From Patescibacteria group bacterium (GTDB taxonomy: Bacteria > Patescibacteriota > Patescibacteriia > Patescibacteriales > UBA12075): 64,000 nt of DNA. The translations under genes were made by a program, and so were the position numbers. The notes below the pieces were generated by a model. It was not told where the DNA came from, made no database searches, and worked only from the letters and a program-made list of their open reading frames with translations. The DNA lies in assembly GCA_022705905.1 (NCBI GenBank), contig JAKJDO010000002.1, forward strand, positions 8,872 through 72,871, read 5' to 3'. Each line of letters begins with the position of its first letter. Within the stretch, counting starts at the first letter, position 1. This document shows, one piece after another, positions 1 to 9,094 of this stretch.

Positions 1-477
1 CAAGAAGGTATTTTCGTTTACGATTTCCATGATCCGAATTTTCACGAGAAGTTAGTCGCCAGCGACGAATTAAAGAAAAAAGTTTGGCAACCGACAGAGA
101 TTTATATGTACCCTCATAATATATTGCTCAATTTTTGGAGTGAGTTGGGGCTCGTTGGAATGCTATTGTTTGTTTGGATATTTATTAAATTCTTTTGGGT
201 TTTAATTTCGAATTTGATAATCGAAAAAAGATATTTTTGTCATCCCCGCGAAAGCGGGGATCTAGAGCCTACTTGTAATAAGAATGAGATTCCCGCCTGC
301 GCGGGAATGACAAGAAGGTATTTTATTAATTTAGGATTATTGTGCGCAATGATAGTAATAGTAATTCACGGACTAGTTGACGTTCCGTATTTTAAAAATG
401 ATTTGTCGGTGATGTTTTGGATAATGGTAGCGATGCAGAGTTTAATAAATTTGCAAACAAAGAATAAAGAGATTTAA
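1..477 (+). CDS. O-antigen ligase/Wzy_C-like membrane protein, C-terminal part (5' end outside window)
   Basis: Frame 1 is open from base 1 into track ORF 106..477. The YPHNILLNFWSELGLVGMLLF loop is typical of Wzy_C ligases, with TM segments. An in-frame GC-rich repeat lies at 238-312. Confidence 0.55.
   Translation, partial: QEGIFVYDFHDPNFHEKLVASDELKKKVWQPTEIYMYPHNILLNFWSELGLVGMLLFVWIFIKFFWVLISNLIIEKRYFCHPRESGDLEPTCNKNEIPACAGMTRRYFINLGLLCAMIVIVIHGLVDVPYFKNDLSVMFWIMVAMQSLINLQTKNKEI
238..312. repeat. GC-rich double-hairpin mini-repeat (TGTCAT...ATGACA termini), copy inside a CDS
   Basis: tgtcatCCCCGCgaaaGCGGGGatc ... gatTCCCGCctgcGCGGGAatgaca. Read through in frame as FCHPRESGDLEPTCNKNEIPACAGMTRR. 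Confidence 0.8.
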
Positions 478-484
478 ATTTTGT

Positions 485-1213
485 ATGAAAATAGTTTTGC
501 AAAAGTATATAGCTGATTCCGGGCATTGTTCGCGTCGGCAAGCCGAAGAATTAATAAGAAACAAAAAAGTTGTAGTAAACGGAAAAACGTCAGAATTAGG
601 AATGAAAGTAGACGACCGAGATAAAATTCAGGTAAATAATAAAAACATTGCAGCTCAAAAAGAAAAAGTATACATTATATTAAATAAACCCAGAGGTTAT
701 ACTTGTACGAATAGAAAATTTACGGGTGAAAAAAATGTTTTTGATTTAGTTAACACACCCCGGCCTGCGGCCGCCCCTCTCAAGAGGGGAATAGAAACTA
801 GGTTGTTTGTGGTGGGAAGATTAGATAAAGATAGTCGAGGATTGGTTCTGTTGACTAACGATGGTGATCTGTCGTTAAAAATGACACATCCAAGATATGG
901 ACATGAAAAAGAATACATAATTACAATTTCTAATTTTAAATTTCTAATTTCTAAACAATTTATTAATGAATTAATTTTAAAATTAAAAAAAGGAGTTGAC
1001 ATTGGCGAAGGTGATGGGGTGGTAAAAGTCAAAGATGCCAAATATTTAGGAGACAATAAGTTTAAAATTATTTTGACCGAGGGGAAGAAAAGGCAGATTA
1101 GGAGAATGTTTAAAGCGATTGGTTGCGAAATAGAAGATCTGGTGAGAGTAAGAATCGGCAGAATAGAATTAGGCAATTTAGCGCAAGGTAAATTTAAAAA
1201 AATAAAAATATGA
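485..1213 (+). CDS. Pseudouridine synthase, RsuA/RluB family (S4 domain plus catalytic domain)
   Basis: S4-like N-terminus (KYIADSGHCSRRQAEELI) and the VVGRLDKDSRGLVLLTNDG catalytic motif. Ends with TGA at 1211-1213. Confidence 0.85.
   Translation: MKIVLQKYIADSGHCSRRQAEELIRNKKVVVNGKTSELGMKVDDRDKIQVNNKNIAAQKEKVYIILNKPRGYTCTNRKFTGEKNVFDLVNTPRPAAAPLKRGIETRLFVVGRLDKDSRGLVLLTNDGDLSLKMTHPRYGHEKEYIITISNFKFLISKQFINELILKLKKGVDIGEGDGVVKVKDAKYLGDNKFKIILTEGKKRQIRRMFKAIGCEIEDLVRVRIGRIELGNLAQGKFKKIKI
757..790. repeat. Short GC-rich twin-hairpin insert translated in frame (PRPAAAPLKRGIE)
   Basis: cggccTGCggccg and ccccTCtcaaGAgggg hairpins in an otherwise AT-rich CDS, just upstream of the GRLD motif. Confidence 0.5.
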
Positions 1214-1214
1214 T

Positions 1215-1550
1215 ATGACAAAATTTTTAGCTTTTTCAAGCGCAATATTACTAGGCTTAATCACTGTATTTGGTGATTATTTAATTAAAAAAGGAAGTTT
1301 GAAAATTAGTTTTTCTGGTTGGTAATATTTATTGGCAGGTTGTATAATCTATGGTTTAACTGGAGTTGGTTGGTTTTTTGTTTTTCGGAGAATTGAAATA
1401 TCTGATGTCGGCGCCATATATTCAATGACCTGCATTGTGGCGCTAGCCATGCTCGGCGTTATAGTTTTTCACGAGAGATTAAGTCCGGGAGAGATTTTAG
1501 GTATTGTTTTTGCGATAGCTTCCGTTATTCTGCTCTATAGATTTTCATAA
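1215..1550 (+). pseudogene. SMR/EamA-like small 4-TM transporter interrupted by an in-frame TAA (1323-1325)
   Basis: ATG at 1215 is in the same frame as track ORF 1332..1550. The combined product (about 111 aa, MTKFLAFSSAILLGLITVFGDYLIKKGS...W*YLLAGCIIYG...) reads like one small multidrug/ArnE-like protein. Confidence 0.45.
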
Positions 1551-1565
1551 ATATTTTTAAAATAT

Positions 1566-1880
1566 ATGAACAACAAAGATATAATAAAATGGAGTTTAAT
1601 TAATTCGTTGGGCGTTGTAGTTTATGTAGCATTGGTGTCAACAGTAATGCAGAATGGGGAAAAGATATTTGGCGAGATGAAAAATTATGTCGGACCGATG
1701 GCTTTTTTGTTGCTATTCGTTTTTTCTGCGCTAGTTACTGGGCTTCTTATCTTAGGTCGTCCCGTTTATTTATTTTTAGACAGTGCCAAGAAAGAAGCGG
1801 TAAAGATGCTAATTTATACCGTCGGTTGGATGTTCGTAATTATTATCTTGATGTTGGTAGTAAATATGTTATTGAAATAG
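1566..1880 (+). CDS. Small membrane protein, unknown function
   Basis: Track ORF, three predicted hydrophobic helices. Confidence 0.5.
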   Translation: MNNKDIIKWSLINSLGVVVYVALVSTVMQNGEKIFGEMKNYVGPMAFLLLFVFSALVTGLLILGRPVYLFLDSAKKEAVKMLIYTVGWMFVIIILMLVVNMLLK

Positions 1881-1887
1881 AACTAAG

Positions 1888-1977
1888 GGAGAGGTGCTAG
1901 AGTGGTTGAATAGGACGCTCTCGAAAAGCGTTGGGCTCGCAAGAGTTCCGGGAGTTCGAATCTCCCCCTCTCCGCCA
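1888..1977 (+). tRNA. tRNA-Ser (anticodon CGA), CCA encoded
   Basis: Acceptor ggagagg/cctctcc, anticodon stem acgct/agcgt with loop CTCGAAA, long variable arm, T-loop ttcgaat, 3' gCCA. Confidence 0.9.
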
Positions 1978-2007
1978 GTTGAATTTTTATAAAATATTTT
2001 TTATTTT

Positions 2008-2937
2008 ATGTTAAATTTTATCTTTTTTATCATTTCACTTTTTTTAGTTATTAAAAGCGCTGACTATGCCATTCATTATTCTTCTTGTTTGGCTGAAGGT
2101 TTAAAATTTTCAAAGTATGTAATCGGGTTTTTGTTGGTCGCCTTTATTTCTATCATTCCCGAAGCTTTTATTTCTATCGCTTCGGCTATGCAGGGGGCGC
2201 CAGCTTTTGGTTTAGGGACGATTTTTGGTTCCAATGTTGCTGATTTAACTTTGGTATTCGCAATCGTCGCCTTTGTTGCTTCCGATCATATTAAAGTTGA
2301 AAGCAAAATTATAAAAAATAGCCTGCCTTATATTTTAATAATGTCTACACCTATAATTTTTGGATTGAATGGGCACTATTCTAGAATAGAAGGAGCAGTT
2401 TTGGTTTTAATTGGCGTTTCTTTCTATTATTTAGTTTTAAGAAAAGAAAAGAGGGAAAATATCGTCGAGAAACGCTGTTTTATCTGGAGGCATTTTTTAC
2501 TATTGCTAATTAGCATGGTCGTTTTGTTGTTTGCTTCAAATATGACGGTAAAATTCGGAGTGTCTTTAGCTAACTTTCTTCAAATCAACCCAGTTTTAGT
2601 GGCTATGCTGTTTGTCGGTTTAGGCACAACTTTACCGGAATTATTTTTTTCTATCAAAGCAGTTAGAAATAATCACGACAGCTTAGCTATGGGCGATATT
2701 TTGGGTACTGTAATAACCGACGCTACTATTATCGTAGGTATTTTAGCCCTAATAAATCCATTTATTTTTGATCAAAAAATTATTTACGTTACTGGAATGT
2801 TTATGATTTTTGCTGTTATTTTACTACTTCATTTTATGAAAACTGGAGCGGTTTTAACAAAAAAAGAAGGATTATTTCTGTTGTTTTATTATTTGGCTTT
2901 TGTTTTAACCGAATTTTCTATTAACAACTTATTTTAA
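2008..2937 (+). CDS. Ca2+/Na+ antiporter family (CaCA, YrbG-like) membrane protein
   Basis: Two alpha-repeat motifs, GSNVADLTL and GTTLPELFFS; about 10 TM segments. Confidence 0.8.
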   Translation: MLNFIFFIISLFLVIKSADYAIHYSSCLAEGLKFSKYVIGFLLVAFISIIPEAFISIASAMQGAPAFGLGTIFGSNVADLTLVFAIVAFVASDHIKVESKIIKNSLPYILIMSTPIIFGLNGHYSRIEGAVLVLIGVSFYYLVLRKEKRENIVEKRCFIWRHFLLLLISMVVLLFASNMTVKFGVSLANFLQINPVLVAMLFVGLGTTLPELFFSIKAVRNNHDSLAMGDILGTVITDATIIVGILALINPFIFDQKIIYVTGMFMIFAVILLLHFMKTGAVLTKKEGLFLLFYYLAFVLTEFSINNLF

Positions 2938-3126
2938 ATTGTAAAATACTTGGTCTTCTGGAGAAAATAGCAAACCTAAAAAACAAGAAAAAGGCAGCGA
3001 GTGGGCACTCGTTTTTTTATTTAGCCAGTCAGAAAAATAGCTTCACTTTTTAGCATTAATTTGCTATTGTAATAGTAGGAAAATGGCAAAGAAATAAATT
3101 TTTATAGGTAAATTTAGCGAGATATT

Positions 3127-3948
3127 ATGTTCATAATTGGCAGCAAATTCAGTAGAATTATGGAGATTTTAAAGCTAGACAAGCCCTTGGTTATTTTTGA
3201 TATTGAAACTACGGGTCCTAATATTAGTATTGATAAAATTGTAGAAATTGCTTATATAAAAATTTGGGAGAATGGGAAGATGAAAAGAGACGATATATAT
3301 ATAAATCCAGAAGTAACGATCGGCAAAGAAGTTAGCGCCATCCATGGCTTGGATAACGAAAATTTAAAGGACAGACCAACTTTTCAACAGAAGTCTCAGG
3401 AGTTGTTTGATGTTTTTAGCAATTGTTTTTATGGCGGTTTTAATATCATTAATTTTGATTTGCCGGTCTTGCGCCGAGAATTTGTCCGGGTGGGCATGGA
3501 TTTAGAATATAGCCCAAGTCAGATTATCGACGCTAAGGAAATCTTTAAATTTTTAGAGCCAAAAAATTTGTCAGCCGCCTATTCTCATTATTGTCATAAA
3601 GAGATTAAGCAGAAGCCGGGAGCGATGGGTGACTCAGAAATAGCTGCCGATGTTTTGCTGGCGCAAATGGAAAAATATCAAGACTTAATGAATGTTGATT
3701 TTATAAAAAGAATTTATCACCCAAATTACGGTACCTTCAAAGATAATTCGCAAAAATTTTATTGGCGCAAGGGAGAAACATATTTATCCTTTTCCAAATA
3801 TAAAGACCGACCTTTGTCAGAAGTAGCTAAAGAAGATCCTTCTTTTTTAGAATGGATGTTAACTGCTGAATTTTCTAATGAAGCTAAGGACATTATCAGG
3901 ATGATTTTAAATAACAGTAAAAATAATAAAAAAACAATTGTAATGTAA
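3127..3948 (+). CDS. DEDDh 3'-5' exonuclease (DnaQ/PolIII-epsilon-like) with C-terminal extension
   Basis: VIFDIETTG ExoI motif, HGL and FDLPVL motifs. The start may be the internal ATG at 3160. Confidence 0.75.
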   Translation: MFIIGSKFSRIMEILKLDKPLVIFDIETTGPNISIDKIVEIAYIKIWENGKMKRDDIYINPEVTIGKEVSAIHGLDNENLKDRPTFQQKSQELFDVFSNCFYGGFNIINFDLPVLRREFVRVGMDLEYSPSQIIDAKEIFKFLEPKNLSAAYSHYCHKEIKQKPGAMGDSEIAADVLLAQMEKYQDLMNVDFIKRIYHPNYGTFKDNSQKFYWRKGETYLSFSKYKDRPLSEVAKEDPSFLEWMLTAEFSNEAKDIIRMILNNSKNNKKTIVM

Positions 3949-3975
3949 ATATCAAGGAAGTTGTTTGTAAAACTT

Positions 3976-4995
3976 ATGAGCGATGACAGAATAATAAGCG
4001 GAAGTGAAACGAATGATGACGGAGTTTTAGACGTGGCTTTGCGCCCTAAAAAAATGGATGAATATATCGGGCAAAATAACGTCAAGGCTAATTTGAAGAT
4101 TGCTATCGAAGCTGCTAAAAAGAGGGGCGAGCCGATAGAGCACGTTTTGCTTTATGGCGCTCCAGGTTTAGGCAAAACGACTCTAGCTCATATTTTAGCT
4201 AACGAATTAGGCGCTAATATAAAAATTACCTCCGGACCAGCCATTGAAAAAAGCGGGGATTTAGCTGCGATTTTAACCAATTTAAGCGAGGGCGATATTC
4301 TTTTTATTGACGAAATTCATCGTTTGAATAAAGTGGTGGAAGAAATTCTTTATCCGGCTATGGAGGATTATGCTTTAGACATTATTATAGGCAAGGGTCC
4401 ATCAGCCAGAACTTTGCGCATTAATTTGCCTCGCATCACTATTATCGGCGCTACGACTAAAATGAGTTTGCTTTCCGCTCCGTTGCGAGATCGTTTCGGC
4501 ATGGTTTTTCATTTGAATTTTTACGAGCAGGCTGATATTGAAAAGATAATTAACCGTAATGCGAAAATATTAAAAATTGATATCGTCCAAGATGCTGCCC
4601 AGGAAATTGCTAAACGGTCACGCCGCACGCCAAGAGTCGCCAATCGTTTACTTAAACGCGTTCGTGATTATTGCGATGTTAAAGATGACGGCGCTATTAA
4701 AATAAACACTTGCCAGAGCGCTTTTGCCATGCTGGAAGTAGACGAACTGGGTCTGGATTGGGTAGACAGAAAAATTTTAGAAACTATTATTGAAAAATAC
4801 GATGGCGGTCCAGTCGGCTTAAATACTATTTCTGCCGCTACTGGCGAGGATATGGCAACAGTTGAAGATGTTTATGAGCCTTATTTGATGCAGCTCGGCT
4901 TTTTAGATCGCTCGCCGCGCGGCCGCATCGCCACAGATAATGCTTATAAGCATTTAGGCAGGGAGAGGAGGGGTGGGCAAAATAAGCTAGTTTAA
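3976..4995 (+). CDS. ruvB: Holliday junction branch-migration helicase RuvB
   Basis: [13 protein letters not shown] Walker A, DEIHRL Walker [16 protein letters not shown]. The ATG at 3976 is preferred over the TTG at 3961. Confidence 0.95.
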   Translation: MSDDRIISGSETNDDGVLDVALRPKKMDEYIGQNNVKANLKIAIEAAKKRGEPIEHVLLYGAPGLGKTTLAHILANELGANIKITSGPAIEKSGDLAAILTNLSEGDILFIDEIHRLNKVVEEILYPAMEDYALDIIIGKGPSARTLRINLPRITIIGATTKMSLLSAPLRDRFGMVFHLNFYEQADIEKIINRNAKILKIDIVQDAAQEIAKRSRRTPRVANRLLKRVRDYCDVKDDGAIKINTCQSAFAMLEVDELGLDWVDRKILETIIEKYDGGPVGLNTISAATGEDMATVEDVYEPYLMQLGFLDRSPRGRIATDNAYKHLGRERRGGQNKLV

Positions 4996-5120
4996 TTTTT
5001 AAATTTTGTAATTTTTGTTTTTTAAAAAATAATTAAATTTTAAATGTTTCAAAAATTATTAATTCAGGACATTAGAAATTATTTTAAAATTTAAAATTAG
5101 AAATTAAAAATTTTAAAGCT

Positions 5121-5369
5121 ATGGCTATTCAATTAGCGCTTTTTCTCTATATTTATTACGGTTTTCTCGTTATCTGGGCTTTGTTGTTTTTGGCTGTGAT
5201 TTACCATATGTTGAAATTCGGTTTAAAGAGTTTCGCCACATTTTTATTGACATTTATATTTATTGCCGTTGCCATTTTATTGTTAAATGTTTCATATATC
5301 TATCTTTCACAAGTAGATTGGAGCAAGATGATTGTAATTTGGGGAAATTTTTCCAGTCCGCTTTTTTAA
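5121..5369 (+). CDS. Small membrane protein
   Basis: Track ORF, two or three TM helices. Confidence 0.4.
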   Translation: MAIQLALFLYIYYGFLVIWALLFLAVIYHMLKFGLKSFATFLLTFIFIAVAILLLNVSYIYLSQVDWSKMIVIWGNFSSPLF

Positions 5370-5372
5370 TAT

Positions 5373-5888
5373 ATGCTATCGAAATATAGACTGCCAAATC
5401 AACAAGAAGGCGAGGAAATTATAAAAATAATCAGGCGAGATTTTTTTATTCTAGTAAAAAAGATTGTTCTTTTTTTACTTCTCAATTTATTGCCTCTGAT
5501 TTTTTTCTATTTAGCCTCGCTTAATTTTCCGACTATGCTAGTTGGGGACATTTCCCCGCCCTTGTTAATTTTGGGGGCGAGTATTTATTATTTATTTATG
5601 TGGTTATTATTCTTTTTCTCTTTTGTTGATTATTATTTAGACGTTTGGATCGTAACCAATAAACGTATAATCGACATTGAACAGCGAGGTTTGTTTTCCA
5701 GAGTGATCTCCGAACAAAAATTGTATCGCGTGCAGGACGTGACTAGTGAAACCCACGGATTCTTTCCGACGATTTTTGCTTACGGCAGTGTTTTAATCCA
5801 AACAGCCGGCGAAAAAGAACGCTTTCATTTTAAACAAATACCGGATCCTGATAAAGTTAGAGATGTAATTATAAAATTAGCTGAGTAA
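5373..5888 (+). CDS. Membrane protein with bacterial PH (bPH_2/YdbT-like) domain
   Basis: Two N-terminal TM helices followed by a soluble beta-rich domain (TNKRIIDIEQRGLFSR...). Confidence 0.5.
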   Translation: MLSKYRLPNQQEGEEIIKIIRRDFFILVKKIVLFLLLNLLPLIFFYLASLNFPTMLVGDISPPLLILGASIYYLFMWLLFFFSFVDYYLDVWIVTNKRIIDIEQRGLFSRVISEQKLYRVQDVTSETHGFFPTIFAYGSVLIQTAGEKERFHFKQIPDPDKVRDVIIKLAE

Positions 5889-5942
5889 AATAAAAAAGAA
5901 GAAAAAATTAAAGATGATGTTTAAAAAGTTAAATATAAAATT

Positions 5943-6341
5943 ATGTCAGAAAAAAAATATTTTGAAAAAATTGGTAGTCAAATGCCTGAAGGCACAAGAG
6001 AAAATATGCTTCCCAACGGCAAGGTAGAATTTGATTTAGCAGACGTTGATAATGAGAAGAGCATGGATCAAAGAGCGCGCGAAGAGGTTGCTATAAAGCC
6101 AAGACAAGCCAGAGAAACAGAGTTGCACACCATTGTTAAAAGATCGCCGGATATTTTAAGAACTCGACAAACGTTATCTGAAAAACAAAATGCAATTTTT
6201 GGAAGTCGAGAAAGAAACTTTAATAAGTATGGCCTTAAGAAGGAATCTAAAGATAGGTTTTTAAATTCATTGGCTAGAAAGTTTAAAAGAAGTGTTGGTA
6301 GAGAAGTACCAGAAGATGATGCGTCAGATGTTAATATTTAA
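5943..6341 (+). CDS. Hypothetical charged protein
   Basis: Track ORF only. Confidence 0.4.
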   Translation: MSEKKYFEKIGSQMPEGTRENMLPNGKVEFDLADVDNEKSMDQRAREEVAIKPRQARETELHTIVKRSPDILRTRQTLSEKQNAIFGSRERNFNKYGLKKESKDRFLNSLARKFKRSVGREVPEDDASDVNI

Positions 6342-6357
6342 GTTACCCCTTCAGCTT

Positions 6358-7458
6358 ATGAAGCTTAGTGATTTTGATTATAATTTACCGAGAGAATTAA
6401 TTGCGCAAAAACCAGCAAAACCGCGAAATCATTCGCGGCTTTTGGTTTTAGATAAAAAATCTGGCAAAATTGAACATAAACATTTTTATAACATCATTGA
6501 TTTTTTGCAAGCCGGTGATGTTTTGGTTTTAAATAATTCTAAAGTTTTTCCAGCGCGTTTAATCGGCAATAAGAAAGAGACTGGTGGAAAGATGGAAGTA
6601 TTTTTGCACAGACGACAAAATGATTCTGTTTGGCAGTGTATGCTTGGCGGCCGCGGTGCGAAAGTTGGTTTGATGGTCGTGTTTAACAAAGGTTTAGAAG
6701 GAGAGGTTATAAAAAACAATAACGACGGAACTTGGGAGGTTAAATTTAATAAAGCCAGAGAGGCGATGATAAAAGTTGTTAACCAAATTGGGCAAGTGCC
6801 ATTACCGCCTTATATTAAACGGCATAATTCTAAAAAAAGCGACGTTGATAACTATCAAACTGTATATGCAGATAAAATTGGATCAGTGGCGGCGCCTACG
6901 GCCGGTTTGCATTTTACGCCGAGTTTGCTCAAAAAAATAAAATCCAAAGGCGTTAAAGTTTTGTATGTAACTTTGCATGTCGGTTTGGGGACTTTTTCGC
7001 CAGTTAAAGTTGATGATTTAACGAAACATAAAATGCATGCTGAGTGGGTCGAGATTAAAAAAGAAACCTTGCAAGAAATAATTAAAGCCAAAAAAGAAAA
7101 GAAAAGGATTGTTGCCGTAGGTACTACATCGGCCAGAACACTAGAATCATTTTTTAGTGTCATTCTGAGCGTAGCGAAGAATCCCGAAAATTGGCGCATC
7201 AATCATGGGATCCTTCGTCTTGATAAATCAGGACTCAGGATGACAGATTATTCTGGTTGGACCGATATTTTTATTTACCCTGGCTATAAATTTAAAGTTG
7301 TCGATTCTTTGATCACTAATTTTCACTTGCCAAAATCTAGTTTAATCATGCTTATTTCCGCCTTGGCTGGCAGTAATAAAATTAAAAAAGCTTATCGGGA
7401 GGCTATTAAGAAGAAATATAGATTTTATAGCTACGGCGATGCGATGTTTATTTATTAA
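6358..7458 (+). CDS. queA: S-adenosylmethionine:tRNA ribosyltransferase-isomerase QueA
   Basis: MKLSDFDYNLPRELIAQKP start, VAVGTTSARTLES, TNFHLPKSSLIMLISA, YRFYSYGDAMFIY C-terminus. Contains an in-frame repeat at 7158-7245. Confidence 0.9.
   Translation: MKLSDFDYNLPRELIAQKPAKPRNHSRLLVLDKKSGKIEHKHFYNIIDFLQAGDVLVLNNSKVFPARLIGNKKETGGKMEVFLHRRQNDSVWQCMLGGRGAKVGLMVVFNKGLEGEVIKNNNDGTWEVKFNKAREAMIKVVNQIGQVPLPPYIKRHNSKKSDVDNYQTVYADKIGSVAAPTAGLHFTPSLLKKIKSKGVKVLYVTLHVGLGTFSPVKVDDLTKHKMHAEWVEIKKETLQEIIKAKKEKKRIVAVGTTSARTLESFFSVILSVAKNPENWRINHGILRLDKSGLRMTDYSGWTDIFIYPGYKFKVVDSLITNFHLPKSSLIMLISALAGSNKIKKAYREAIKKKYRFYSYGDAMFIY
7158..7245. repeat. GC-rich hairpin mini-repeat inside queA
   Basis: tgtcattctgagcgtagcgaagaatccc...gggatccttcg...ctcaggatgaca. 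Translated as SVILSVAKNPENWRINHGILRLDKSGLRMT between the LES and TDIFIYPG motifs. Confidence 0.8.
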
Positions 7459-7540
7459 CTTGACGTAGATAGCATTTTTAGTTTATACTTAAATTGTAAT
7501 TTTGTATTTTTAATAAATAATTTTATAGTTTTTCCTTTTT

Positions 7541-7741
7541 ATGACAATTCCTAAAAAGAGGCACACCAGCAGCAAAGTTGCTAGACGAAGGTCGCATCAT
7601 GCACTTAAAAAAGTTAAATTAACTGCTTGCAAGAAATGTGGCAAAGCAATTATGCCGCATCGAGCCTGTTCATTTTGCGGAAGTTATGACGGCAAAGAAG
7701 CGATTAAAATAAAAACAGCTAAAGCAAAGGGCAAAAAGTAA
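7541..7741 (+). CDS. rpmF: 50S ribosomal protein L32
   Basis: MTIPKKRHTSSKVARRRSHHALK N-terminus, CxxC...CxxC zinc ribbon. Confidence 0.9.
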   Translation: MTIPKKRHTSSKVARRRSHHALKKVKLTACKKCGKAIMPHRACSFCGSYDGKEAIKIKTAKAKGKK

Positions 7742-7775
7742 TTCTTTTTGCTCTTTTGTTATTTAAATTTTGATT

Positions 7776-8219
7776 ATGTCCAATAGACATTTGGGTCGCA
7801 CCATCGCTATGCAAGCTCTTTTTCTTTGGGATTTTCAAGGTAAGAGCGGAAGTATGAGCGAAATTACACGAATGGTTTTAGAAAAATTTAACCAGAATTT
7901 CGACGATCAGGCTTTTGTTAAGCATTTGTTAGAAGGTGTTATCGGCCGCTTGCCAGTGGTTGATAAATATATTATTAAGTATGCAACTGAGTGGCCGTTA
8001 GACCAAATTACAATAGTCGATCGCAATATTTTACGTATTGGTGTTTATGAATTGGTTTTTGACGATGACATACCGGCAAAAGTTGCCATCAACGAAGCTA
8101 TAGAAATCGCCAAAACTTTTGGCTCCGAATCTTCCGGTAAGTTCGTTAACGGTGTCTTAGGAGCAATTTATAAGGACATTCTTAAAGAAAAGGGAGAAGC
8201 AATTAATAGCACTAAATAA
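7776..8219 (+). CDS. nusB: Transcription antitermination factor NusB
   Basis: Size and the [11 protein letters not shown] ... [10 protein letters not shown] motifs. Confidence 0.85.
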   Translation: MSNRHLGRTIAMQALFLWDFQGKSGSMSEITRMVLEKFNQNFDDQAFVKHLLEGVIGRLPVVDKYIIKYATEWPLDQITIVDRNILRIGVYELVFDDDIPAKVAINEAIEIAKTFGSESSGKFVNGVLGAIYKDILKEKGEAINSTK

Positions 8220-8299
8220 TAATTTTAAATAATTGCTTAATTGTTAAATTGCTAATTAAAGCGGTAGCGATTTGCCAATGCAGCAATGTCTTTAAAGGC

Positions 8300-8992
8300 A
8301 TGAAAGATTTCTCTAAATTAGAAAAGGAGATTGGTGTAAGATTCAATGACATCAATCTACTTAAACAATCCGTTGTTCATCGTTCTTATTTAAATGAGCA
8401 TCCTAAATTTGAACTAGGTCACAATGAACGTTTAGAATTTTTAGGTGACGCAGTTTTGGAGATTGTAGTTACAGAGCATTTATTTCGCACTTTTCCCGAC
8501 ACTCCGGAGGGGGATTTAACTAACTGGCGCGCTAGTTTAGTCAATGCTAATATGCTAGCAGAGGTGGCTCATGATATTAAATTAGGAGACTTTCTCTATT
8601 TGTCAAAAGGAGAGGCGAAAGATTCTAATTCTAAAGCGCGACAATATATTTTAGCTAATGCCGTTGAAGCTTTAATTGGTGCTATTTATTTAGACCAGAA
8701 GATAAGCGTGGCCAGAAAATTTATTCTTGGTAAGATAGTTTCAAAACTAGACAATATTTTAACTCATAAATTATATCTAGATCCAAAATCTAGATTTCAG
8801 GAAAAAGCCCAGGAAATTTACCGAGTGACCCCGCATTATAAAGTATTAAAGGAATCAGGACCAGACCATGCTAAGATTTTCGAAGTCGGGCTCTACATCG
8901 ACGATAAGTTAATCGCTCGTGGCAAGGGTTCGTCGAAACAAGAGGCGCAAGTTGATGCGGCTGCCAAAGGGATAAAAAAAGAAAATTGGTAA
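8300..8992 (+). CDS. rnc: Ribonuclease III
   Basis: NERLEFLGDAVLE signature, C-terminal dsRBD (KSRFQE...GKGSSKQEAQ). The ATG at 8300 is preferred. Confidence 0.9.
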   Translation: MKDFSKLEKEIGVRFNDINLLKQSVVHRSYLNEHPKFELGHNERLEFLGDAVLEIVVTEHLFRTFPDTPEGDLTNWRASLVNANMLAEVAHDIKLGDFLYLSKGEAKDSNSKARQYILANAVEALIGAIYLDQKISVARKFILGKIVSKLDNILTHKLYLDPKSRFQEKAQEIYRVTPHYKVLKESGPDHAKIFEVGLYIDDKLIARGKGSSKQEAQVDAAAKGIKKENW

Positions 8993-9005
8993 TAATTATT
9001 ATATC

Positions 9006-9084
9006 GTCATGCTGAGCCAGTGGGCGAAGCATCCCGAAAATAGCACATAAGACAAGGGATCCTTCGCTGACGCTCAGGATGACA
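9006..9084. repeat. GC-rich hairpin mini-repeat (intergenic rnc/pilT)
   Basis: gtcatgctgagc...gcgaagcatccc...gggatccttcgc...gctcaggatgaca, the same family as 7158-7245. Confidence 0.8.
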
Positions 9085-9094
9085 GACATATACT

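Noticed and set aside
1211-1213. Alternative genetic code (UGA=Gly, as in some CPR lineages).
   Set aside because: TGA terminates conserved genes at the expected C-termini (for example the pseudouridine synthase at 1211-1213 and ORF G at 59035-59037), and conserved proteins show no in-frame TGA. The standard code 11 fits.
6292-6357. A long N-terminal extension of queA overlapping ORF 5943..6341.
   Set aside because: The conserved QueA N-terminus (MKLSDFDYNLP) begins at the ATG at 6358. The upstream part is a frame-overlap artefact.
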